Assembly (NCBI RefSeq): GCF_036321535.1
Contig: NC_087436.1
Coordinates: 7,378,001 to 7,442,000 of the forward strand
DNA from: Camelus dromedarius
Taxonomy: Eukaryota
DNA length: 64,000 nt
Direction of reading: 5' to 3'
Made by a program: the position numbers and the translations under genes. Below are positions 11,130 to 21,979 of this stretch, piece after piece (the first letter of the stretch is position 1; each line of letters starts with the position of its first letter). The notes under the pieces are model-generated. The model did not search any database. It was not told where the DNA came from and saw only the letters and a program-made list of their open reading frames with translations.

Positions 11130-13355
11130 TCTCATTTTCCTCCTTCCTCATGGCAAAATCTCTGTTTCTTTGAAATTTGCAACCTCACTGCCCACAACTT
11201 CCATCAAACTCCCGACCCCTCCTCATTCACTGAAAAATCTAGCTCCCAGCTCCTGCAGTCTTTCTCTCTAGTCTCACCACACTCACTCTTCATGGTCAAT
11301 TCCACATTCACATGGATGATCCAACCACATGCTGGCCTTCCACGTCGTAACTCTGCTCATTTCCAAAGATCTGTTCTCCACCGACCTCGGTCGCGTACTA
11401 CGGCAACCCCTATTCTTCCACTTCACGTATCCTGGTACTTTCCGATTCCAAAACTCTTTGGATCCAGTCAAAACCTCGCATCCATTTTTATCTTCTATCC
11501 TCCTCTTACTGTTGCTTCCTTCACATCCATCAGAGAGTCCACAGTTCAGTTTTCTGCAACAATCGCAACTTCTCTGCCTCTTTCTTCCTCTATTTTCTCA
11601 ACTGTCAAAATTCCAGACTTGGTTTATACCAAATTTTTCACCTTTTCTGTGGCTTCCTTGGAAAAGCTAAGTAATTTATTTTTAAATAAAAATCATACGA
11701 CACTGTATGGTCTTTACAGTAAATGGTATTTTATACTCTTTATTTGTAAATAAAATTTTACAAATAAAATTTACAAATTTATGAACGTGTGTGCTGTCAT
11801 TTTTGGGTGGGGGTAAAATTTATAATAAACTTGTGTTTGAGATATATTTGCTTAGTTTTTTTTTTTTTCCTGGAGAGTTTAACAAATGTTGTCAAACATT
11901 TGCCAGTACAGTACTGCTAATATACATGTTACACAGAGCATATCCCAAAAAAGACCTCTTATTCCGTCTTCGCTGCCCTCCCCCAATCTTCCGCATCCTG
12001 GCAAATGGTGTAATCATGCTATCTCTTGGAAAATACTAAAATCTGGTAGTCATGCTTGGTTACCCCTTTTTCTTGTTTTTTACATCCAAACAATCAAGTA
12101 TGTTATTTCTACTTAAAACATAAATTACTCAGCAATTCAACTGTCATCATCTTAGTCCAGGGCACCTTTATTCATTGCTTAGACCATTGGAAAATGCTCA
12201 AACTAGACTCCATCCTTCTAGTGTTTTTCACCCACTGTGGTGATTTTTTATTTATTTTTTTAATGTGAATCAGATCATGTCAGTTCTTTCCTTAAAACAC
12301 CGCTGTGACTTCTCATTGCCTGTCATAAGAACTCATGCCTTACTTAGTCAGATGCACTTAGGCCGCGTGACTCTTTTTCTTGTCACAAAATATAACAGTG
12401 ATGTTATAAAAAGTCCTTCTTTCGAAGACTGCTGATACACAAAGGATACGCCGGAGATGATTATTCAGAAATGAGGCCTTGCTGATGTGTCCCTATAAAA
12501 AAGGGTAAGATCTTGCCAAGCCTGCATTAAATATTGGAATTCACAAATTTACTCCTTTTCTACTGCTCAGGTTGGAAATTTTCAGCTGCATTCATGTTGA
12601 ACAGCATACACTTCTCCAGTTTTCCCTTGGCTTAGACTATTTTTGGCTGCCTATAGCAGAAAGGTGAGTTTTTCACCAGAAGTCATGTTAGAACACCTTA
12701 TATTTGGGGTTTACTTGCTCTTTTTGCAGAGATAAAAGCACAGAGCTGGCTTTGGAACATGACGTGGGGTGTGTGTGTGTGTGTGTGCATGTGTGTGTGC
12801 GCGTGGTGGCATGCATGTGCACATGAGCAAGAGAATGAACACAAGTCTCTCATGCACAACCTTCCATGATAAGGACCCTGCTAACCACACCTATCTGGCT
12901 TCTTGCAACACTCTTCTTAGTATCTGACTCCTCCTTTTTTAAAATATAAAGTTTGGGTTCTTTCAAGGGTCTTTCACTTGATACTATTTACTCTCTTTGT
13001 CTAGAGGAGAAAAACGGAACATTCTTTCCTCCATTCTTGTACACCTGGTTCTTTATCTTTCAGATAATAGTTCCAATATCACCTTCTCAGAGAGGCTTTC
13101 CCAGACCTCCACACTTAAAAGAACCTCCCCTGACACCCACATTACTACCAATCTATCATCTCATTTGTTTCCTTTTAAATTGTGAAATTATTTCCATGGT
13201 TTACCTGTGGTATGTCTATTTTCTGCGCCGCACTACAGGCTTTATGAGGGCAATGATGTGGTCAGGACTACGCACCAGAGTGTTCCCCAGGGTTTACGAC
13301 GGACCTTGCATATGGCAGGTCATCAACTTAAAATTGCTGGGTAAGAGAATGAGTG
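11130..13355 (+). mobile_element. Fragmented L2 LINE, from endonuclease-domain remnant to 3' end, interrupted at ~12325-12830
   Basis: 'ggtcaattccacattcacatggatgatcca' resembles the APE-endonuclease GDFNIH motif region; L2 3'-region motifs 'cagatcatgtcagttc', 'tatcaccttctcagagaggctttccc', 'ctttatgagggcaatg'. Confidence 0.75.
12769..12804. repeat. (TG)n imperfect microsatellite
   Basis: 'gtgtgtgtgtgtgtgtgtgcatgtgtgtgtgcgcgt'. Confidence 0.85.
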
Positions 13356-13894
13356 GAGAACAGCGAAAAATCAGAGTCGTTAGGAAAGAGTCCTTGTGAA
13401 GAAATGAAGTTTGTGGAGAACACTTTGAGATGTGGTGATATCCATGCTCCGGTTGGATGCCTTTGCATAAGAAGCCTGGTTCCATGTCTAGATGTGTGCT
13501 GATTGCTAATCACTGAGATACCTTCTTAGGCACAACAAGCTGCCCACGATGTCCGTTTCTTCCTTGCTTAGGTACCAGAGGCCCCTCTGCTCGATCTCCT
13601 GGGGTGATGTTACTAGTTTTTCAACACCTTATTTCCTGTTTCTCCCAAGGCTACTCTCAGTGTGGAAGACAATCTTTTAGGTCCTTATTTCAGTCCCCCT
13701 CCACTAAAGACATAAGTTCCCTCCATTTTAGGGATTCCACTGTTAATTATTCAAGGAAGGGGATTATACAAAGAAATAATACAAGAACATTATGAAATTA
13801 AAGGATCTCACAAAGTTGCTTGGTGAAATTCATAAATCCATCCTTCATGGTTCCCTTGTAAATATGATTTTTATCAAGGTGAGAATTTTATATG

Positions 13895-14430
13895 TTAGTA
13901 GGATGACTATGAATCAGTGAGGATTAGCCACTTTAGGTATTTCAAGCAGAAAGGGATTTGAAAGAGTGAATGAAGGCCTTATGAAAGCACTGGAAAGGCC
14001 AGAGTAGTAAGTATCAGTGAAGGTGGCAAGACTTTTCACATCTGGTCCAGAAAAATCAGGAAGTTTATGCTGTCTTCTCTTCCAGAATCATCTGGAAACT
14101 CTCTCATACACTTATAGTTTAACCCATTCACATCCTGGTGGGAACTTAAAGGAGGTGACTCTGGAGGTCACTGTAAAATCTCATGTCTGCTGAAGTCCAT
14201 GCGTCCATTCACCACTGCTTCTGGAAGACGAAGGCAATGGAGTCCATGTCTCTTCTGCATCCAAATCTCACATAAAGTTACCTCGCTGGCTGAATGTGGA
14301 TCACATTGAGGCTCTGGACACAAGGAAGTCTGGGAAAGATATTTCTTGGGCTTCTAGCCCCTGACATTCAAGGAAGAACCTAGACGGTGGTAGAGATAAA
14401 TCCTGGTTGCCAAAACGAACAGGCCATACC
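13895..14430. mobile_element. MaLR LTR (old MLT1, MLT1N-like)
   Basis: 'agccactttaggtatttcaagcagaaagggattt' and 'caaggaagtctgggaaagatatttc...ttctagccc' are typical of MLT1 LTRs. Confidence 0.65.
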
Positions 14431-15064
14431 CCAGACAAACTAAATAAGCATTGTCATCCCCCACCTTCAGATGAATGGTAACAAAAACAGAGCAAAGTAG
14501 ATCCCCTATAGATACCGTGTTCTCCTCTGGGGAGTTGCTGATTAACAGATTCTTGTGCTGCTGAGGGTCTTATCTGGACACAGTATTTCACATCCATTCT
14601 TTCTGGTTTTCTGACATATAGCAAAACTGAGAAGAGCATTTTATGAGGAAGGTGAAAGGGTGAAAGGGTCAAATGGAATTTCCATTGATTCTGGACAACG
14701 ACTGCCCTTTGAAAATTTGAGAGAGAAGGAAAAATATTATTTCCACCATCACACTGCTTGAAAAGCTAGCTGAGGAGACAAGATTAAGGCACCTGGAGCA
14801 AACTGAGAACAAATGTGCTCGGTGATGACAATAAGCTTGATTCTGTAGCTTGTCTTACATGGAAGAAAATATTGGTTTGTTTGGAATAATGGAAGGAGGT
14901 TTGTTGTCTGAGCCTTAAAGATCGATAGGCCTTGGAGTGGTGGGAAGAAGGGAGGAGCCTTCAAAGTGTGTGTACAGAGGAGATAAACCAGGTAAACAAA
15001 GATTGGAATGGGCACCCAAAGAACAGTGGGAGGTTTACAACAGTTTCTCATAATTTCTATCTCT

Positions 15065-15368
15065 CACATGAATTCATTTACAAAGCAGGGACAGACTCAC
15101 AGACATAAAAAACAAGCTTGTGGTTACTGGCGGGGGGAAGGGGGTGGGGAGAGATAAACTAGGAATTTGGGATTTGCAGCTATACACTACTGTATCTAAA
15201 ATAGATAAACAACAAGATCCTACTGTAGAGCACAGGGAACTATAGTCAATATCTTGTGATGGCCTATAATGAAAAATAGTATATCTATATATATGTAACT
15301 GAATCACTATGCTGTACACCAGAGACTAACACAACATTGTAAATCGACTATAATTCAATTAAAAAAAA
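15065..15368 (+). mobile_element. 5'-truncated L1 3' end
   Basis: L1 3'UTR ending 'tgtaaatcgactataattcaattaaaaaaaa'; degenerate TSD AATTTCTATCTCT 15052-15064 / AAATTCTGTCTCT 15366-15378. Confidence 0.9.
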
Positions 15369-15854
15369 TTCTGTCTCTTAATTTGGCCCTGCCAATTCAT
15401 TCTCCGTAACAATTACCAACGGCTCTGCATTTTCTTTCCTGCCATGACACACGAAGACCACCAATGTTAGGACATGTTCTCAGAGATTTACCCAGCATTA
15501 TGCAAATTTCACCTTAGCTATGAGTCTGCCTGTCTCTTTCCCTGTTGGAGAAGCATATCAAAAAATAAGTGAAAAGTAATGATGAATATTAGCAATGACT
15601 TCCAGTTTGGAATTGGAGAAACCTGCCAGGAAAGAAGTGACTTACTGATAAATAATTGAGAAGATGGTTAACTTGCTCTTTTATAATTTTTTAAAGAGAA
15701 TGTTTCACAAACTTTCCTACTTTACTGATAATGGATAACTTTCAACATGCCTCCACACTTTGGAGACACTTCTGGGAATTGTAATACTGGAATTGAGGAT
15801 GGCTGTACCCAGGTGTCACGGAGAGAGATGCAAAATGCAAATCTAGCTTTGTTA

Positions 15855-16890
15855 CCTTTTCAGAAATCATTCTGTGGTTTCCTTTCATAGCTATGTTTCT
15901 TAACATGTTATCCAATCTTGTCCTTGCCCATCTCTGTGCCTTCATCTTTAATCTCTCCCCACAAGGTGTGTGTGGTCCAGTACCACTGTGGCATTTGGCT
16001 GCGAGCATTATGCTATTTTTGCATCACACTGTCTTTGCCAGTGTTCTTCCTCTATATAAAAATATTACCAAATCCAAACTCCTTCTGCTCGCCCCATGTC
16101 AGGCCAATAAACTGGGGGACGAAGTGTTTGTTAGGGCAAGGAAAAATGACTTTATTCAGAAAGTCAGCAGACAGAGAAGATGCGGGACTAATGTCCTGGA
16201 GAACCATCTTCCCCAAGTCAGAATCCAGGCTCTTTACATACTAAAAGGGGAGGGGATGTAGTTGCTTGTTGCAAACTTCTTAATGTTGGAATCCTTTGTT
16301 CTTGCAGCTGTCCATGTAGATCAGGCCATGGTGTTCCTGTAAACCTCCAACAAGACAAATGTTCTCTTTTCTGCAAATTTTTATCTTTATATGAATGGGA
16401 AAGTGTTAACCCTTAGAGGTCAGAGCCTTGAGGATGGGCTCTCCTGTCTATTTCAGGCTCTAGGCAACATCCCTTTACAAAAGGTGCAGAACCAGCATGA
16501 CTGAGCCCAGGAAACAGAGCACAGGGTTAGAGCTAAAGGAACAGGTCTAATATGAAATCATATTTTTCTTCCCTATTATAAAAATGCCTCCCCTACCAAG
16601 CATGTTTTAACTAGGTTAATTTTCTCTTATCCTTAGCAATTGGTGCAAGCATCAACTTCTGCAGAAGACTTTTCTTAACCTTTTGCAGTGAGTTTAATGT
16701 CCCTGGATTTTCCTAGAAACCTGATTATGCTTTTATCACTGCACATCCTATAGTTTATTATCTGTTTGCATTTCTGGCTTCATCACGAAACTATAAACTG
16801 TCCAAGAATAGAAACCATGTCATTTGAATATTGATCACTGTACTCCTTGTACTTAGCAAAATACCTGACACATGAATTGAACTTGGAACT
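15855..16890 (+). mobile_element. L2 3' region, interrupted by a solo LTR
   Basis: 'atcattctgtggtttcc...tccttgcccatctctgtgccttcatc' before the LTR; 'catcaacttctgcagaagacttttc...cttagcaaaatacctgacacat' after it. Confidence 0.6.
16063..16580 (-). mobile_element. ERV1-type solo LTR (518 bp)
   Basis: Termini decayed from TGTTA...TAACA; 4-bp TSD AAAA (16059-62/16581-84); AATAAA on the minus strand; collinear with the 45558-46075 copy. Confidence 0.9.
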
Positions 16891-17064
16891 TGAACTGAAC
16901 TGAACTGCTGCAAAGCTGAGGAAAGTATTTGAAAAGCCAGGTAGTGACTTTAGGGAGGTTGGAGATGGCAGGCTCAGGAGGTCAGGATACATGCAGTGGA
17001 AAGACATCTTAATTTTGTAGCTTTGTACTCAGCACTTAAAGGGAGCTCTACTCCTACTTCGTTT

Positions 17065-17230
17065 CTTCAACTATCTTGGGAGAAAGGGATTATTGACATT
17101 CTATAGATACGATGAACAAATGATGCTCAGAGATGATAGGTAATGTTCTCAGCATCACAAAGCTGGCAAAAATGGACTGGAGCTTTAAACTCAAATCTAA
17201 CTGTCTTTCAAGTCCTTCGACATCATGTTG
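17065..17230 (-). mobile_element. MIR SINE
   Basis: 'gatgaacaaatgatgctcagagatgataggtaatgttctcagcatcacaaagctggcaaaa...tttaaactcaaatctaactg'. Confidence 0.75.
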
Positions 17231-17974
17231 AACAGTGTGAGGGAAGCAATTCATGAAAATGGTTATTTGATGTTACCACTCATTCACTGACTCCTCTCTA
17301 GAACCGTTTGGGTCATTTTTTCAAGCTTACACACCGTACAAGTGAATGCAGATTTTCTTTTATCAATTCCACGCCACTTCTTTGCCTCCTAGAATCCTGC
17401 ATCTGCAGAGAGAGCCCTAAAGCACACAGCCTATTCCATTAGGTGGGATGCCACTCAAAGTGCCGCCAGCAAATACTTCTGCCAAAGGAAATTTTAGTAC
17501 AAAAGTGCTGTTGAGGGCCATGGTGCCACCTATTTGTAACAGCTATCTGAAGGCATTTTCCTCTTCATTCTGTATCACCAGAGGTGGCGAATCCTTTAGT
17601 CCCTGTATTGTCGTTGTAGTCATTCTTCCCGGAATGAAGAGCTCACTCAGTGGTTGCCTGGGATGTGTCCAGCCAAGCTCTCGCTCCATTGTGTCTTGCT
17701 GATGTCAAGTGATAGGGGTTGAAAGAGGTGAAACTTAAAAGCTAAATCAAGCAACGTTTATTTCAGACAGACTGCCCCATATGCCTCTGAGAAACAGCGC
17801 ATAAGCCACAAACGTTTTCCCAAATTTGGGTGAGAAAAACCGAGTTTAGTAGGTCCTGCTTTTATATACTTTTGTATTCCTCCTTTCATAGCATGAATTA
17901 CCCTTTTAACTATTTTCTTAATCTCTTAATTACCTCCTAGATTCCCAACTCTCTAAGTACAATAATCACCTCTC

Positions 17975-18085
17975 TTTAATTTTGTTTTAGTTGAAGTGTT
18001 GATTTACAATATCATGTTAATTTCAGGTGTAGAGCACGGTGATTCAGAGATATATATACACACACACATATATATATATACATTT
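17975..18085 (-). mobile_element. Very short L1 3' terminus with (TA)/(CA) tract
   Basis: 'ttgaagtgttgatttacaatatcatgttaatttcaggtgtagagcacggtgattcag' matches the ends of other L1 copies in the window. Confidence 0.8.
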
Positions 18086-18250
18086 TATCTGTCAGGACTT
18101 TATTGCCAGCGTCTCATATAGTTCAATGCACAGAGAAAGCTCTTAAAAGGATAATTATTGAATGGATGAGTAAATTACAAAAATTCAATATTTTGATTAT
18201 TGTGAAATTTTCACTCCATTACAGAACATAATCACTTATGCCTTTTTGAG

Positions 18251-18408
18251 CAGTGCTTCTCAAACTTCACATACATCTGACACTGAGGATTTTGTTACGA
18301 TGCAGAGTCAGCTTCAGCAGAGTGGAGAAGGGCCTGGAACTCTGTATTTCTAGCAAGCTCCTGACTGATGCCACGTGCTGGCCCTCAGGGACCATGTTTA
18401 GAGCAGCA
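18251..18408. mobile_element. MER5A-like hAT-Charlie MITE
   Basis: Starts 'cagtgcttctcaaactt'; internal 'ctctgtatttctagcaagctcc...tgatgcc...gggaccatgttt'. Confidence 0.85.
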
Positions 18409-18924
18409 ACTGTTGGAACACCTCAATCACCAACTGCTAGCTTCATGTTACCACTTCTCCTGCGGGGTTATTTATTGGCTCGCTGGTCTAACTGGCCTTC
18501 CATCAGACATTCATTAGCCGTCGGTGGACAGATAAATCTCAGTGGCGACTTATCCTGCGGAACTCTACACGGGGCCTCCCTCTGAGAAGCAGCTCAATTG
18601 CAAGTGATCGCCTTAGAGGATGTGTCCTTGTGGCTTTTGATTTAGGGCTCAGATCTGAAATCCCCATTTATTTTCCCTGTGTCACTCTCTTCATACAAAT
18701 AGTCCATCTCTCCTGCCAGCAGACTCTCAGGTCTGACTGTTTTCCTTATTGTCTGCTGCTTGAAGGACCTTGCTGAATAAAATGTGTGTGCCCGACATAG
18801 CCCACGGCCCCACTCAATGTCAGAATAATCTATCCAGAGATTTGAGAGTGATATAAAGCCCAACAAACAGCATCAGTGCATGCAAACGTCACTTTCTTTA
18901 GGGAGATTCGCCTTCTTCGCAATG

Positions 18925-19015
18925 ACTGTAAATAGTGGGTTTCATGGGTTTCTGAGGGGAATTGGTGAGATCGTGTGTGTAAAGCATTGATCTCAGCTGG
19001 GTAATAAGAGCCCTA
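18925..19015 (+). mobile_element. MIR fragment
   Basis: 'catgggtttctgaggggaattggtgagatcgtgtgtgtaaagca'. Confidence 0.55.
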
Positions 19016-19218
19016 TACTTAATAGAATACTGTACTCATGGTCGTTTAATTCTATTGTTGTTGCCCTGAGGTGTGTCCAGTGCCACACAATATAGTAATT
19101 TTACAGATTCCAATTGGAGCAGAAGAGCACGTTTTATATAAACTAGTTGAAAACTGAGAAATTCTATTCCTCGTCTCATTACTAATCCACGCTATTTACC
19201 GACTATCTGGTTTATTTT

Positions 19219-19494
19219 ATTTTATTTTACTATACTTATTTATTTATTTATTTAAACATTTTTTTATTGAGTTATAGTCATTTTACAATGTTGTGTCAAA
19301 TTCCAGTGTAGGGCACAATTTTTCAGTTATACATGAACATACATATATTCATTGTCACCTTTTTTTTTTTGCTGTGAGCTACCACAAGATCTTGTATATA
19401 TTTCCCCGTGCTATACAGTATAATCTTGTTTATCGATTCTGTACATGCCTGTCAGTATCTACAAATTTTGAAAGTGGGAAGGGACAGACTGGGA
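19219..19494 (-). mobile_element. Young 5'-truncated L1 with a ~22-bp 5' micro-inversion
   Basis: Perfect 15-bp TSD TATCTGGTTTATTTT (19204-19218 / 19495-19509); terminal 'agtgggaagggacagactggga' is the reverse complement of the expected continuation. Confidence 0.9.
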
Positions 19495-19979
19495 TATCTG
19501 GTTTATTTTTAACAGCAGAGGAACAACCTTTCAAATCATTCGGTTCCAGCCAGTCTTTTTTCTTCCCCCTTCCTTTTTTAACCTTAAAAAGTGTTTAGGA
19601 AATGACTTATTATTTTCTTTTTTCCCCCTAAATATTTTCTGAGCCCTGTCAACTCTCTTTTCTCCTTTATTTCACCTCCTACCTTTTTTTCCCCCTATTT
19701 TTGATTCATGCTTTAATTTGATAACTTCTACTCCTTTCTTAACTTACTTGATCTTGTATTTAGGATAAGGTTACATTTCCCTTCTCCACTGCAGCCGTAT
19801 TTACTGCGGTTCTTTCAATAACTGTTAGTAATTTAACCAGGACTTTCCCCTCTTGTTCTTGGGATATAATTTCATGGCTTTGGAGGGGAATCCGTGCATC
19901 TTTTCATCTTTAGTGATGGGTCTTCCTGTATTCTCAGGACCCCTCCCCCTCCATGTTCCCCACCTGCTCCAGTTGGATT

Positions 19980-20350
19980 CCACTCCCCGCAGGTGTTCCC
20001 CGCAGGGTGGGTCTCCATCCTTCTCCAAGGAAGATGAGGCGGGCCGGCCCCGAGGTCTCGGGGGCCGCAGCACCTTCGGGTCTTTCTAAAGACCCTGACG
20101 GAGCACAGGCAGCCTTTCATGCCCGTGCTCCGGGACGTTTGCTAGTTACTCCGCCCAGAGTCGAGGCTTTGCTTTTGGGCGGCATTTTTTGGGAATATAT
20201 GAAATGAAGTCTGTGGGCCTTTAAGATCCTCAGGAATCCCTGTGTTTTCCCTCCACGTCCCCTCCCCGCGGCTGCTGCCACGCAGACGGGCTCTTCCGCT
20301 CACCTGCTGGGAGCTGTGGCCGCTGGTTGGGCTGGCCTCCCTCCCGATGC
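19980..20350. promoter_or_regulatory. Small CpG island-like element
   Basis: About 23 CpGs in ~370 bp of GC-rich sequence within an otherwise CpG-poor window; kB-like GGACTTTCCC ~19840-19849 and GGGGAATCC ~19885 just upstream. Confidence 0.6.
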
Positions 20351-20390
20351 TCTGGCAGTTTTTGAGAGGATTTAGGGAGTGGTCAGTTAG

Positions 20391-20485
20391 TCAGTGGTCC
20401 AATCACCTGGGAAGCTTTTTAAAAACCCAGGCACCAGTGTCTATAAGAAGCTCCCTAGATTGTTCCAGAGTTCATGATCACAAGT
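20391..20485. mobile_element. MER5-like hAT MITE remnant
   Basis: 'cagtggtcc aatcacctgggaagctttttaaaaa...aagctccctagattgttc'. Confidence 0.5.
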
Positions 20486-20520
20486 AACTACTGCTCTACC
20501 TCAGTTCCATCTTACTTTTC

Positions 20521-20608
20521 CTTCCTTCCTTCCTTCCTTCCTTCCTTCCTTCCTTCCTTCCTTCCTTCCTTCCTTCCTTCCTTCCTTCCTTCCTTCCTTC
20601 CTTCCTTC

Positions 20609-20659
<51 letters not shown>

Positions 20660-20670
20660 TTTCTTTCTTT
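20521..20670. repeat. Compound (CCTT)n(CTTT)n tetranucleotide microsatellite at the L1 tail
   Basis: ~150 bp of pure pyrimidines directly abutting the L1 3' end, inside its TSD. Confidence 0.95.
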
Positions 20671-21979
20671 CTGTTGTGTTAGTTTCTGGTGTTCAGCAGT
20701 GTGATTCAGTTACACACACATATTCTTTTTCATATTATTTTGTGTTATGGATTATTACAGGATATTGAATACAGTTCCCTGTGCTATACAGTAGGTCCTT
20801 ATTGTTTATCTATTTTATATATAAATAGTTTGTATCTGCTAATCTCAAACTCCTAAATTATCCTATCCCAAACCTGCTTTCCCCTTTGGTAACCAGAAGT
20901 TTCTTTTCTAGGTCTGTGAGTCAGTTTCTGTTTTGTAAATAAGTTCATTTGTATCACATTTTTACATTCCACATATAAGTGATATCATATACTATTTGTC
21001 TTTCTCTGTCTGATTTACTTCACTTAGAATGACAATTTCCAGGTCTATCCATGTTGCTGCAAATGGTATTATTTTATTCTTGTTATGCTTGTATAGTATT
21101 CCATTGTGTAAATATACCACATCTTCTTTATCCGGTCATCTGTTGGATGGACATTTAGGTTGTTTCTGAGTCTTGGCTATTGCAAATAGTGCTCCTGTGA
21201 ACATTGGGGTGCATGTGTCTTTTAGAGTTAGAGTTTTGTCTGGATATATGCCCAGGAATGGGATTGCTGGATTGAATGGCAAGTCTATTTTTAGTTTTTT
21301 AAGGAACCTTCATACTGTTTTTCATAGTGGCTGCACCAAATTACATTCCCAACAGTGTAGGAGGGTTCCCTTTTCTCCACACCCTCTCCATTGTTTGTTA
21401 TTTGTAGAGTTTTTAATCATGGACATTCTGACTGGTGTGAGGTGATACCTCATTGTAGTTTTGATTTGCATTTCCCTAATAATTAGGGATACTGAGCATC
21501 TTTTCATGTGTCTATTGGCCATTTGTATGTCTTAATTGGAGAAATGTCTGTTTAGGTCTTCTGCCAATTTTTTGATAGAGTTTTTTTGTTTTGTTTTGTT
21601 TTTTTTTGGTTATTGAGTTGTATGAGCTGTTTGTATATTCTGGAAGTTAAGCTCTTGTCAGTCACATCATTTGCAAATATTTTCTCCCAGTCTGTAGATT
21701 GTCTTTTTGTTTTGTTGATGGTTTTCTTTGCTGTGCAAAAGCTTATAAGTTTGATTAGGTCCCAATTGTTTACTTTTGCTTTTGTTTCTATTACCTTGGG
21801 AGACTGACCTAGGAAATCATTGGTATGATTTATGTCAGAGAATATTTTGCTTATGTTCTCTTCTGGGAGGTTTGTGGTCCCATGTCTTACATTTGTCTTT
21901 CAGCCATTCTGAGTTTATTTTCATGTCTGGTATGAGATATGTTCTAACTTCTTTGATTCACACGTGACTGTCCAGCTTT
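20521..21979 (-). mobile_element. 5'-truncated L1 (ORF2 C-terminal remnant plus 3'UTR)
   Basis: Minus-strand ORF 21322-21522 '[33 protein letters not shown]...[11 protein letters not shown]' is L1 ORF2p; TSD CATCTTA(C/G)TTTTC at 20508-20520 / 21980-21992. Confidence 0.95.

Noticed and set aside
11025..11753. 242-aa ORF, the longest in the window
   Set aside because: Starts at GTG, has low-complexity S/P/F/L composition and overlaps a decayed L2; the endonuclease-like motif is not in this frame.
21322..21522. ORF with clear protein similarity
   Set aside because: It is a truncated, disrupted L1 ORF2p C-terminal remnant, not a host gene.
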